Below, piece after piece: positions 19,423-27,969 of a DNA stretch of 64,000 nt (position 1 is the stretch's first letter; each line of letters opens with the position of its first letter). Both the position numbers and the translations under genes were made by a program. The notes beneath the pieces were generated by a model. That model was not told the DNA's origin. It saw only the letters and a list, made by a program, of their open reading frames with translations, and did not search any database. The stretch is taken from positions 5,510 to 69,509 of the forward strand of contig CAWJKE010000006.1 in the NCBI GenBank assembly GCA_963843455.1, given 5' to 3'. Origin of the DNA: an uncultured Actinomycetota bacterium (GTDB lineage: Bacteria; Actinomycetota; Thermoleophilia; RBG-16-64-13).

Positions 19423-20079
19423 TCATTTCCCCGATTGCTGGAGATCGAGCTGACGCACGAGCGCGCGGGCCGGCGCGCCGTCACCTCCAGCGATCTTCAA
19501 GGGGAGACAGATGAGTTCCACCGGACCGGGCGCCACGTCTTTCAAGTACAGCCCCTCGATTATCCAGACGCCGGCTTTGAGCAGGGCTTGGTGGGTTTCG
19601 ACGCCGTCGGCGCTGAAGCCACCGACTGACAGGTAGTCGATCCCTACTAGCCCCACTTGCCGCTCCACCAGATACCGCGCCGCCGCCGCCGAAAGGTACA
19701 CGAAGTCCTCCGCGAAGGCGCTGGTCTCCCAGGGGCCAGCGGAATTGCGGGTCTTGAAGAGGATCCGTTCGCCGGGCCGGATCTGGTGCCGAGCTAGCTC
19801 GTCGATCTTGATGGACTCGGGGTCGTCGATGGCAACAACCCGGGCGGGGCCGAGGGCGGCATTGACGGGCATCCGGTCGATACCGACGCCACTGGCCACG
19901 AAGTGCGCCGGCGCGTCCATATGGGTGCCGGCGTGAGCGCCCATCTCCAAGAGCGAGAGCGTACACGGGTCGCCCCGCTCTATCTCCAGCACGTGGCTGA
20001 TCCGGGCGACCGGATCGCCCGGCCAACCGACCATGCCGTTTCTGAGCGTCACCGAGACGTCTATCCAGGGTGGAGTCAT
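19423..20079 (-). CDS. cyclase-family protein (kynurenine formamidase-like metal hydrolase)
   Basis: 218 aa; GAHAGTHMDAPAHF HxGTHxDxPxH motif. Confidence 0.75.
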   Translation of the reverse strand: MTPPWIDVSVTLRNGMVGWPGDPVARISHVLEIERGDPCTLSLLEMGAHAGTHMDAPAHFVASGVGIDRMPVNAALGPARVVAIDDPESIKIDELARHQIRPGERILFKTRNSAGPWETSAFAEDFVYLSAAAARYLVERQVGLVGIDYLSVGGFSADGVETHQALLKAGVWIIEGLYLKDVAPGPVELICLPLKIAGGDGAPARALVRQLDLQQSGK

Positions 20080-20099
20080 CGCTGCCTCTCTTCGGTGAT

Positions 20100-21194
20100 T
20101 CAGCCGATGGTGATGACGTTCTTGATCCCGCCGGGGGTGAGTACCGCATCGCGGGCGTCGTTGAGCGGCGTACGGGACGTGATCAGATCACGAACAGCTG
20201 TGGGAAAGGTCTGCATAAACCAGCCAAGGTCGTCGACGGCTTCCTCGAAAGAAGCACGCCCTGCGTTGACCGTGCCGCAGATCACGTGGTTGTCGAGCAC
20301 CGCGTTCCGCATGATGCGCCTCGCATCGATCTCCACAGGTTCGCCCATCGCCGGCACCCCGGTGGTCATGAAGATGCCATTGACGCCAAGCACGCTCAGC
20401 GCGCCGAAAAACACGCTGACGATGCCGGTGGCTTCATACATGAGGCTTATGTTGCCGACGATCTTCGCCAGGTCTGTGGGGGGGTGCTCGGCTGCAGAGA
20501 CGAATCGGGCGCCGATACCCTCCACGACACTCACATTCGAACTATCGGACTTGTCCATGGAGTACACCCACGTGTTGAAGCCGCCCCTCAGGAGCTTCAT
20601 GGCCCCCAGCAAGCCGATGGGGCCGGCTCCCAGTACCACCGCGTTGAGGTTGCTGGGATCGTTCTTCAGATCGCCGGGCAGACGCTGCGTCAGGACGCGC
20701 ACCTGTTCCGCGGCCTTCTCCGCTACGGTGAGCGGTTCTATGAGGACGGCCACGTCGCGCAGTTCCCTCGGCACCTTCACGACATATTCCTCGTCGTCGA
20801 CGACGAACTCGGTCATGTAGCCGTGGATCCCTTTGATGCCCCGCTCGGTGAAATCGCCGGTGATGCAGAAATCCTGCCGGCCGTGGCGACATGGGGTACA
20901 GCGCTCATGTGGACACGGTCGGCGCACCGTCAAGACCGCGAGGTCGCCGGGCGCCAAGCCCGCGACCCCACTTCCCACTTCGGTGACTACGCCCAGCACT
21001 TCATGGCCGATGATCAGGTAGGGCGAGCCGGCCGGCGGCGCTCCATACGCGAACGAGGTGATCTCGCGGTCGGTGCCGCAGATGCCGGCTTCGAGTATGC
21101 GAAGCTTGACGTCGGCCGGTCTGTCGATCGCCGGCTCTGGGTGATCGATCAGCCGAGTCTCACGATTCGAAGGAAACACGGCCAGTGCTTTCAT
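20100..21194 (-). CDS. zinc-dependent medium-chain dehydrogenase (glucose/threonine dehydrogenase-like)
   Basis: 364 aa; GICGTDREI and GHEVLGVV zinc-ligand motifs, Rossmann GAGPIGLLG. Confidence 0.8.
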   Translation of the reverse strand: MKALAVFPSNRETRLIDHPEPAIDRPADVKLRILEAGICGTDREITSFAYGAPPAGSPYLIIGHEVLGVVTEVGSGVAGLAPGDLAVLTVRRPCPHERCTPCRHGRQDFCITGDFTERGIKGIHGYMTEFVVDDEEYVVKVPRELRDVAVLIEPLTVAEKAAEQVRVLTQRLPGDLKNDPSNLNAVVLGAGPIGLLGAMKLLRGGFNTWVYSMDKSDSSNVSVVEGIGARFVSAAEHPPTDLAKIVGNISLMYEATGIVSVFFGALSVLGVNGIFMTTGVPAMGEPVEIDARRIMRNAVLDNHVICGTVNAGRASFEEAVDDLGWFMQTFPTAVRDLITSRTPLNDARDAVLTPGGIKNVITIG

Positions 21195-21781
21195 CCTGTC
21201 TCACCTTTCGTACGGATGCCGTCCCAGATGATGCGGTCGAGCTCGCGCATCGCCTGTTCTGAGGCGAATCCGCAGGCCGTCATCACCCGCTCGTCACGCA
21301 CCACGAATGCGGCCTGCCTCAAGACGTGCGCGAGAAAGCAGGTGTTCACCGGTTCGATCTCGCCCGCCATCACGGCGTCGTCGAGGAGCGCGGCGAACCG
21401 ATCGACAAAACGGTCGGATCCACTTCGATATGCCAGCCGGATAGAGTCGAAGCGCTCGACGTCGGCGCGAAAGGCGGGAGATAGCTGGCGGATGTGCTCC
21501 GCTGCGTCCTGCCAGTAGATGCGCGCCCTCTCTACGGCGGTCGCACCCCGAACGGCGCGAGTCTCCATGTCCTCCAGGTTGCGGTCGAACCAGCTGGTGA
21601 CGGCGAGCACGATGAGGCTGTCCTTACTAGCCGCGATTTTGTAGAGCGACGAGGCCGAGCAGCGGAGTTCGTGGGCAATCTCTGAGACCGTGATCTCGGA
21701 AAAGCCGCGGGCCGCGATGATCGCCATGACCCCATCGAGCAGTTCCTGGCGGCGTTCGTCGTCGAAACGTTTGCGCGCCAT
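21191..21781 (-). CDS. TetR/AcrR family transcriptional regulator
   Basis: 196 aa; N-terminal HTH ITVSEIAHELRCSASSLYKIAASKDSL; start overlaps downstream gene (ATGA). Confidence 0.85.
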   Translation of the reverse strand: MARKRFDDERRQELLDGVMAIIAARGFSEITVSEIAHELRCSASSLYKIAASKDSLIVLAVTSWFDRNLEDMETRAVRGATAVERARIYWQDAAEHIRQLSPAFRADVERFDSIRLAYRSGSDRFVDRFAALLDDAVMAGEIEPVNTCFLAHVLRQAAFVVRDERVMTACGFASEQAMRELDRIIWDGIRTKGETG

Positions 21782-21787
21782 CCGGCC

Positions 21788-21856
21788 TCCGGTTTAAAGT
21801 AACGCAATAAAGACTACAATACTCCAAGGAATCCTTTTCACATCAGCCATCGGCGA
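21788..21856. promoter_or_regulatory. AT-rich divergent promoter/operator region between TetR operon and 21902 gene
   Basis: TTTAAAGTAACGCAATAAAGACTACAATACTCC is markedly AT-rich in a high-GC background, directly upstream of a TetR gene. Confidence 0.4.
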
Positions 21857-21901
21857 TTGACCGAGGATTTCAACAGTCCCGCAACAACACAGGAGGAAGG
21901 C

Positions 21902-22450
21902 ATGGCTATCGGTCCGGTACAACTACTGGTGATTGGATTCGACTCCCCGGAATTCAGGGGCGAGGCACTCAACGAACTCGAGCGGCTCCGCGAGAGTAAC
22001 GCGGTCAGGGTCATCGACGCGCTTGCGCTCTACAAGGACCCTGAGGGCGAGATGACTGTGATGCGCATCAGCAACCTGACCCAGGATGAGTCCATCGAGT
22101 TCGGCGCCAAAGTGGGCGCCCTCATCGGCCTTGGTGCGGCCGGCGCGGAAGGCTTCGTCGCCGGAGCCGAGCTAGGCGCTCTGGCCGGCGAAGACGGCAT
22201 CGAGATCTTCTCCGACGAGACGGCGGCGGACATCCTCGAGGATATCCCGAACGATTCGGCTGTGGCCCTCGTGCTCCTCGAGCATCACTGGGCGATCCCC
22301 CTGCGGGATGCCATATGGCGTGCCGGCGGGTTCAATCTGGCGAGTAGCTTCATCAGGCCGCGCGACCTCGTCGCCATCGGCCTCGTCAGCGCCTTGGAGG
22401 CCGAGGAGTTGGCCGCGCTCGAGATGGGCGACGAGGAAGACGAAGACTAG
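21902..22450 (+). CDS. conserved hypothetical acidic protein (unassigned DUF; paralog fragment at 25006)
   Basis: ATG 21902 immediately after AGGAGGAAGG (track start 21857 lacks RBS); MAIGPVQLLVIGFDSPEFRGEALNELERL...; Gly-zipper middle, acidic tail MGDEEDED. Confidence 0.5.
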   Translation: MAIGPVQLLVIGFDSPEFRGEALNELERLRESNAVRVIDALALYKDPEGEMTVMRISNLTQDESIEFGAKVGALIGLGAAGAEGFVAGAELGALAGEDGIEIFSDETAADILEDIPNDSAVALVLLEHHWAIPLRDAIWRAGGFNLASSFIRPRDLVAIGLVSALEAEELAALEMGDEEDED

Positions 22451-22471
22451 ATCAAGGCCTGACGACTACGA

Positions 22472-23095
22472 TCAGACGATAGACGCCGGGGCCGGCCGGG
22501 CTTGCCCGGCCGGCCCCGGCGTGCGCCGGACCCCATCCCAGATGATGGTGTCCATCTCCATTAGAGCCTCTCGAGCCGTGAGACCGGCTCGGTCGAGAAG
22601 ATCTTCATCGCGCACCGCCATGGCCACGTATCTGAGCATGCCGACCAGGAAGGTGGGGTTCACGTGACGGATCTCGCCCGCCTCCGCTGCTTCCGACACA
22701 AGTTCTGAGAAGCGGTCGATGAAGCCATCGGATATGGTTCGCCACGTCTGTCGCGTCGCCGAGAAGCGCTCCACGTCACGCCGGAACTCGTGCGACAACT
22801 CTCGGGTCCTTTCGGATCCCGCACCGTAGTAAGTCCGAGCCCGGTCCGATGCAGAGGAGCGTTCTAGCGAGCGAGACTCCGCCTCGGAGAGCGTGTCCTT
22901 ACCCCATCGCTCGAGTGCGAGGGATACGAGGTCGACCTTGGTCGGGGCCAACTTGTAGAGCGTGGCCACCGAACAGTGAAGGCGGCACGCGAGGTCGGCC
23001 ACCTTCAGCTCAGCGAAACCCTCAGCTGAGGCGATACGCATCAACCCGTCGAGGAGTTCCTCTCTACGGCCGTTCTTCAGTCGGGTGCGCGACAA
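22472..23095 (-). CDS. TetR family transcriptional regulator (paralog of 21191..21781)
   Basis: HTH LKVADLACRLHCSVATLYKLAPTKVDL, shared C-terminal IIWDGVRRT/IIWDGIRT motif with first TetR; TTG start after GGAGAAGGA (track start 23140). Confidence 0.75.
   Translation of the reverse strand: MSRTRLKNGRREELLDGLMRIASAEGFAELKVADLACRLHCSVATLYKLAPTKVDLVSLALERWGKDTLSEAESRSLERSSASDRARTYYGAGSERTRELSHEFRRDVERFSATRQTWRTISDGFIDRFSELVSEAAEAGEIRHVNPTFLVGMLRYVAMAVRDEDLLDRAGLTAREALMEMDTIIWDGVRRTPGPAGQARPAPASIV
22485..22520. terminator. perfect 16-bp GC-only hairpin (GCCGGGGCCGGCCGGG-CTTG-CCCGGCCGGCCCCGGC) between convergent genes
   Basis: Seen directly; lies 35 nt after stop of 21902..22450 and within the last codons of the minus-strand TetR paralog; no U tract (typical for high-GC taxa). 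Confidence 0.5.
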
Positions 23096-23165
23096 TCGTC
23101 CTTCTCCAGACCGGGAGGAGTTCCCCAGGGTCCAACTCACAGGGGCCTCTCAGTCATTGTACCTC

Positions 23166-23210
23166 TCTCAGTTTAGTATTAGAATCAGTCACTTGTTACT
23201 AATGTACGCT
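23166..23210. promoter_or_regulatory. AT-rich island with imperfect inverted repeat TTAGTA-N18-TACTAA: candidate TetR operator in divergent promoter
   Basis: TTAGTA at 23173-23178 and TACTAA at 23197-23202 inside TCAGTTTAGTATTAGAATCAGTCACTTGTTACTAATGTACG, the only AT-rich stretch for kilobases. Confidence 0.45.
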
Positions 23211-23288
23211 ATCGGAGTCTCGAGTCGTCTCCGGCGACCGGGCCGGTTGGCAGCGAAAGTTCGAGGAATCGTGTGAAAGGACTTGGCG

Positions 23289-24455
23289 ATGGCTAAAGCA
23301 GAACGGGTAAGCACCACGGTGCCGCTGAACTGGAAAGAGGTGTGGTTCACCAACTGCCCGATGGTGTCGGCCAACAACGTTGACCAGGAGTTGGGGTGGT
23401 GCCGCGAGGAGTTCAAGAAGATCGGTGTCGAATACGCCTACTTCCGCCACGCACCCGAGAACAACTGGTACCCGCACTATATTCATAACCTCGACAACCT
23501 GATCCGCTTCGGCGGCCTCTATCCGCCCATCCACGTCAACGCCGACATCCGCCGCACCCGGTTGCTTGGCGCGACCTGGGTGTACGAAGGCGGCTGCATG
23601 GCCGTGCGTGCCCGCGACAGCATCTTCCGCATGAAGGATCTCAAAGGCAAGAAGATCGGCATCTCGAAGAGCCTGAACACCATCAAGAACGATTGGTGGC
23701 GTATCCAGGAGCACATGGGCATCACCAACATGCTGATGCTGAACGACATGACCATGGACGACATCGAACTCGTCGAGTTCCCCTATCCGGACGATTGGTA
23801 CGACAAGCCCGAGATGCTCACCCCGCCCATGAACAACCCATCCGAGCTGTGGATGCGTCGTGACCACAAGCACGATCTAGCCTTCCGGCCACTGGAAAAA
23901 GCCCTGCTTGGCGGCATTGTCGACGCCATCTACACACAGAGCAAGGTGTTCCAGCATCTGCAGGAGGCGACAGGTCAGATCAAGATGATCGAGGACCTGA
24001 CCCGCTATCCGGACTGGACCGTTCAGGTCGCCAACACTCCCGCCGTCATCACTTGCACTGACGTGATGGCTAACGAGCACCCTGAGTTGGTGGTCGCCTA
24101 TATGAAGGCCATGGTCAAGGTGGGGCGTTGGGCCAACGAGAACAAGCATGCCGCGGGAGCGATCCTCAACCGACAGACGTTCTATCTGGATGCCGAGGAT
24201 ACGTACGAGGGCATCAAGGACGTCGACATGGTGCCGAGCCTGAGCGCGCAGAATCTGCAGTGCGTCACGATCGGCAAGGACTTCATGCTCAGCCACGGCT
24301 ACATCAAGAACGACTTCGATGTAAACGCCTGGGCGGCGCCGGAATTCCTGGAGCAGGCGGCAGTCGAGGTTCTCAAGGAAGAATGGCAGAGAAGAAGCTG
24401 GAGCAAGCTTCCTCAGGGCGGTGGGCTCGAGGTGGAAGGTACGCGGCTCGGGTAG
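23289..24455 (+). CDS. DszB-like desulfinase family protein (2'-hydroxybiphenyl-2-sulfinate desulfinase homolog; NMT1/SsuA-like periplasmic-binding fold, no signal peptide)
   Basis: ATG 23289 after AAAGGA. FTNCPMVSAN aligns with DszB catalytic SNCPVPNA (Cys27). HNLDNLIRFGGLYPP...RTRLLG aligns with HFTYDQPAYTRFGGEIPP...RTRLLG (His60, Arg70). C-terminal NAWAAPEFL matches DQWAAPEFL. The DszB sequence is recalled from memory. Confidence 0.6.
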   Translation: MAKAERVSTTVPLNWKEVWFTNCPMVSANNVDQELGWCREEFKKIGVEYAYFRHAPENNWYPHYIHNLDNLIRFGGLYPPIHVNADIRRTRLLGATWVYEGGCMAVRARDSIFRMKDLKGKKIGISKSLNTIKNDWWRIQEHMGITNMLMLNDMTMDDIELVEFPYPDDWYDKPEMLTPPMNNPSELWMRRDHKHDLAFRPLEKALLGGIVDAIYTQSKVFQHLQEATGQIKMIEDLTRYPDWTVQVANTPAVITCTDVMANEHPELVVAYMKAMVKVGRWANENKHAAGAILNRQTFYLDAEDTYEGIKDVDMVPSLSAQNLQCVTIGKDFMLSHGYIKNDFDVNAWAAPEFLEQAAVEVLKEEWQRRSWSKLPQGGGLEVEGTRLG

Positions 24456-24473
24456 CCGGGAGGAGATGACTCT

Positions 24474-24977
24474 GTGACCGATCACCAAGTCCCCGAAAAG
24501 AAGCAGACCGTCCTAGGCCTGTACGTCACGGCCGAAGAGGCCTATGAGATGTGGAAAGCGGACCCTGACGGCGTCAAGATCCTCGACGTGCGTATACCCG
24601 AGGAGTACCTCTTTGTGGGCCATCCGCGGATGGCCAGGAACATCCCTCTCCTTTTCGTGAAATACGGCTGGGACTCTGAGAAGAACCAACCGGTGGTGAC
24701 GCCCAACGCGGATTTCGCCTCCGCCGCGATCAAAGCTTTCGATCCCGGCGACACGCTGCTGGTGATGTGCCGCTCGGGGGGCCGTAGCGCGCTGGCCGTC
24801 AACGGCCTCGCGAAGGTCGGTTTCACCAAGGCCTACAACATCATCGACGGTTTCGAGGGCGACAAAGTGGACGATCCGGGCAGTGCCTACCTTGGCAAGC
24901 GGATGAGGAACGGCTGGAAAAACTCCGGATCGCCGTGGACCTACGACGTCGACCCGGACCTGCTGTGGCTTTCGTGA
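24474..24977 (+). CDS. rhodanese-domain protein (single-domain sulfurtransferase)
   Basis: 167 aa; active-site loop MCRSGGRSA; GGAGGAG RBS before GTG. Confidence 0.8.
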   Translation: MTDHQVPEKKQTVLGLYVTAEEAYEMWKADPDGVKILDVRIPEEYLFVGHPRMARNIPLLFVKYGWDSEKNQPVVTPNADFASAAIKAFDPGDTLLVMCRSGGRSALAVNGLAKVGFTKAYNIIDGFEGDKVDDPGSAYLGKRMRNGWKNSGSPWTYDVDPDLLWLS

Positions 24978-25005
24978 CAGCAAGGATCTAATCAAAGGAG
25001 AGGCA

Positions 25006-25213
25006 ATGCTGGACCTTCCGCTGGAATACGCTCTGATCGAGTTCAAGGATGCCAAGTTTCGGGCGAGATAATCCCCGAACTCCTCGATCTCTCCGCACGC
25101 GGCATCGTGCGCTTCGTGGACATCGTCCCGTCCGAGGGGTTGGTGTTGGACGCCGCAACGGCGTCGGGCTGCTGCGTTAGCCGGCGCCGGCGCAGGGAAC
25201 TGGGAGCGCCGTG
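25006..25213 (+). pseudogene. frameshifted N-terminal remnant of a paralog of the 21902..22450 gene
   Basis: AAAGGAGAGG RBS + ATG. MLDLPLEYALIEFKDAKFR then stop; the +1 frame continues GEIIPELLDLSARGIVRFVDIV..., which aligns to MAIGPVQLLVIGFDSPEFRGEALNELERLRESNAVRVIDAL. One G missing in a GGG run restores the frame. Ends at the BASS gene start. Confidence 0.5.
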
Positions 25214-26098
25214 ATGACCGCCGAGTCCTTTTTCACCGCCGTTGCCACGTTGTCAGGCTTGTTATTCGTCGTCGCAAGCATGCTGGGGACCGGGTTGAGC
25301 CTGAGTGTGAGCCAGATCGTGCGACCGTTGAAGAACATCCCCCTGGTGATCGTCGCCTTGGTGGCCAATTTCGTGCTGGTGCCGCTTCTCGCCTGGGGCA
25401 TCACCAGCCTGATCACCCTGGACGAGCCTCTCAAGATCGGGCTAGTCGTGCTGTCCACCGTGGCAGGCGCGCCGTTCTTGGTCAAGGAGGTCCAGGCCGC
25501 CAAGGGCGACCTGGCCTTGGGCGTCGGCTTGATGTTTCTGATGATGGTCGTGACTATCGCCTATGTGCCCCTCGTTCTTCCGAGGCTCATTTCCGATGTC
25601 GAGGTCGACGCGTGGGCGATCGCAAAGTCGCTGATCGTGACCATGCTCGTTCCCATCGTCGTGGGCCTGCTCTGGAAATCGCATTCGGGGGAGAGCGCCA
25701 AGAACTGGGCGCCGATCATGAACAAGATCTCCGGTATCTCGCTGCTCCTCCTGCTGGTGACCGGACTGGGCCTGAACATCTCGAACATCATCAGCCTGAT
25801 CGGCTCGCGCGGCTTCCTGGCTCTGATCCTCTTCGTCATCGGATCGCTCGTCATCGGGTTCGTGCTGGGCGGCCGCAATCCGGCGACCCGCAGCGTGCTG
25901 GGTCTGGGTACGGCGCAGCGCAACGTGGCGGCCGCCATTCTCGTAACCAGTTTGAATTTCTCCGGAACGATGACGCTCCCGTACGTGCTGGTGGCCGCCA
26001 TCCTTTTGCCGGTGATCTTGATTCCGGCAGCGCGGATGCTCGGCAAGCGTCGCGAGGCCTCAGTCGCCGCGGGCGCCGGCAGCCAGGATCCGCAGTAG
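25211..26098 (+). CDS. bile acid:sodium symporter (BASS/ACR3-like) family transporter
   Basis: 295 aa, about 8-9 TM helices, LVPLLAWGITSL and TVAGAPFLV segments reminiscent of SBF family. Confidence 0.6.
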   Translation: MMTAESFFTAVATLSGLLFVVASMLGTGLSLSVSQIVRPLKNIPLVIVALVANFVLVPLLAWGITSLITLDEPLKIGLVVLSTVAGAPFLVKEVQAAKGDLALGVGLMFLMMVVTIAYVPLVLPRLISDVEVDAWAIAKSLIVTMLVPIVVGLLWKSHSGESAKNWAPIMNKISGISLLLLLVTGLGLNISNIISLIGSRGFLALILFVIGSLVIGFVLGGRNPATRSVLGLGTAQRNVAAAILVTSLNFSGTMTLPYVLVAAILLPVILIPAARMLGKRREASVAAGAGSQDPQ

Positions 26099-26521
26099 GA
26101 CCTCTCGGAATCGTTCTCGGTCTTCCGGTTGGAAGGGGCTGGGGCCGGTCGTGCGCCCCCCGGACCGGCGATGCTTTTGCTCGGCGTGGCGGATGGCGAG
26201 CTCCGCGTCGATCGTTGCCGCCAAATACTCGCGGCCCCGCGGGCTGATCACCCGGCATCCGCGGCTGAGCGCCATGGCCGCCAGCCCCGTGTCGGCGGTC
26301 ACCACGATGTCTCCCGGTGAGAGCCTAGGCACCATCGCGAAGTCGGCAGAGTCGCGGCCGGATGCAACCTGCAGGATCTCGACGCCTGTGCGATCGGCAT
26401 ACCGGGCAAGATTCTGGGACTGATTCGCGACCAGCACGACCGGCGCCGAACGGGAACGGGCCAAGGCTATCGCGTCACGGGTGACCGGACAGGCGTCGGC
26501 ATCGACGAAGACCGTGGTCAT
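26060..26521 (-). CDS. yaiI: YaiI/UPF0178 (DUF188) family protein
   Basis: 153 aa; MTTVFVDADACPV...VVLVANQ...DIVVTADTGLAA matches E. coli YaiI throughout; 3' end overlaps BASS gene by 39 nt (convergent). Confidence 0.8.
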   Translation of the reverse strand: MTTVFVDADACPVTRDAIALARSRSAPVVLVANQSQNLARYADRTGVEILQVASGRDSADFAMVPRLSPGDIVVTADTGLAAMALSRGCRVISPRGREYLAATIDAELAIRHAEQKHRRSGGRTTGPSPFQPEDRERFREVLLRILAAGARGD

Positions 26522-27134
26522 GCCCGCTCAGTGTCTTGGCGCGCGCGAGGCCTCGCTATCCTTGGCGAACAGGAGCGTGGGAGGAATACTGAGCCAGATC
26601 CGCCTGGTGCCGTGCGTCCTTTTCGGTAGCGCAGAATCCCTGCTGCAGGCGGCCCTTGACCCACACCCGCCAGACCCAGAGCGGCCGCTCCGATGTCGAC
26701 GTCGACGCCTCAGATACTTGGACCTTCATGGTCTGGATGTCCTCTCGCTCGTTGGTTCTGTCTGAGGAGGAAGAGGACGGGGAAGCCGGCGCGCGGTCGC
26801 TCGTACTTCGGCGCGCCTCACATCTAGCGGCGCCCGTTCTGGCCCTTCTGACAGCAGATAGTGTCTCTACTTACCTGCACTATACGCCTAAGTCAGCCGG
26901 GGCGCCGGAAAGGCAGGTTCTTCTCCCCGGCCCACCGGCGCCACTGTGCAGCGCAACGATCGCGTGCCACTACTGGGTCGGCTTCCATACCCGGGACTGC
27001 GACGGGTACGAAGACCGACCGGTTGACGTCCGGTGCCCCGTATGCTGGGGGGCGGAACAGCGGTAGAGGAACTCCGAGCACTCAGCCCGCCCAACCGTCG
27101 CGTGAGATCCGGCCCTACTGAGGGGTCGCTTTGC

Positions 27135-27893
27135 TTACCTCTCCTCTTCGACCTCCCTTGCCCCCTCCCCCTTAACCCGCGCTTCGCGCTCCAAGAACTT
27201 CTCCCGCCCTTCGGTGTAGGCCGGCAGGGCCCAGGTCATCTTCTCCAAGCTCTTGATGATCACGGGGATCTTGTCCCAGGGGATGGAGATGAGGATCCAC
27301 CCTTCGGGTAGCGCGTGCCGCGCCTTGGAGCCGAAGCCCATCCCGGTGATCATGTGGTTCACTTTTCCGGTCAGCCACGGGTAGGCGAAGATCCAGGCGC
27401 AGCTCAGCACCGGGGTCTTGACGCTCTCCCACAGTTCGCCGGTGGAGTAGCTCATCGCGCGGAGAACGATCTCGGCCTGGGAGGGAGTGGCCATAAGAAT
27501 CAACAGGTCGGGCTCGAAGGTCAGGACGTCCAGTATCGAGAACGCCGCGTAGTTGACCGTGCCCTTCGCGAATCTTGGGACGTGTTGGTAGATCCTCTCG
27601 TTCGCGCGCGGCTCGTCAAACACTCCGAACTTCTCGCCGAGCAGGCCGGCTTCGGCGAAGATCGGCGCCTCCTCCATCCCGAGGACGACCCTTCCAAAGC
27701 AATCCTCCTCCTTCTTGGAGAAATAGAAGGGGGTGCCTCTTTCCTGCGCTATTCGGATCATTTCGCAGAAGGCTGCCGGCCTTTCGAGCCTCTCCATGCC
27801 CTCCGGGCGCCCGAACAGGAACTTCACGCCCACCGGAGCGTGCTCGAACTCGAACTTCCGCAAGATCGACAGGTCGGTCTTCAGCTTCCTCAT
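27135..27893 (-). CDS. DUF169 family protein
   Basis: 252 aa; KFEFEHAPVGVKFLF...AFCEMIRIAQERGTPFY...LSCAWIFAYPWLTGKVNHMITGMGFG are DUF169 hallmarks. Confidence 0.7.
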   Translation of the reverse strand: MRKLKTDLSILRKFEFEHAPVGVKFLFGRPEGMERLERPAAFCEMIRIAQERGTPFYFSKKEEDCFGRVVLGMEEAPIFAEAGLLGEKFGVFDEPRANERIYQHVPRFAKGTVNYAAFSILDVLTFEPDLLILMATPSQAEIVLRAMSYSTGELWESVKTPVLSCAWIFAYPWLTGKVNHMITGMGFGSKARHALPEGWILISIPWDKIPVIIKSLEKMTWALPAYTEGREKFLEREARVKGEGAREVEEER

Positions 27894-27969
27894 GACACCT
27901 CCAAGCGGTCGGGCTGCACCTGCCCATCATAGACAGGCGGGGCAGGGCTCCGCTATGCTCCGAACACCG

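Noticed and set aside
20070-21518. 482-aa plus-strand ORF
   Set aside because: Antisense to the well-supported dehydrogenase and TetR genes, with no domain features and an Arg/Ala-rich shadow composition.
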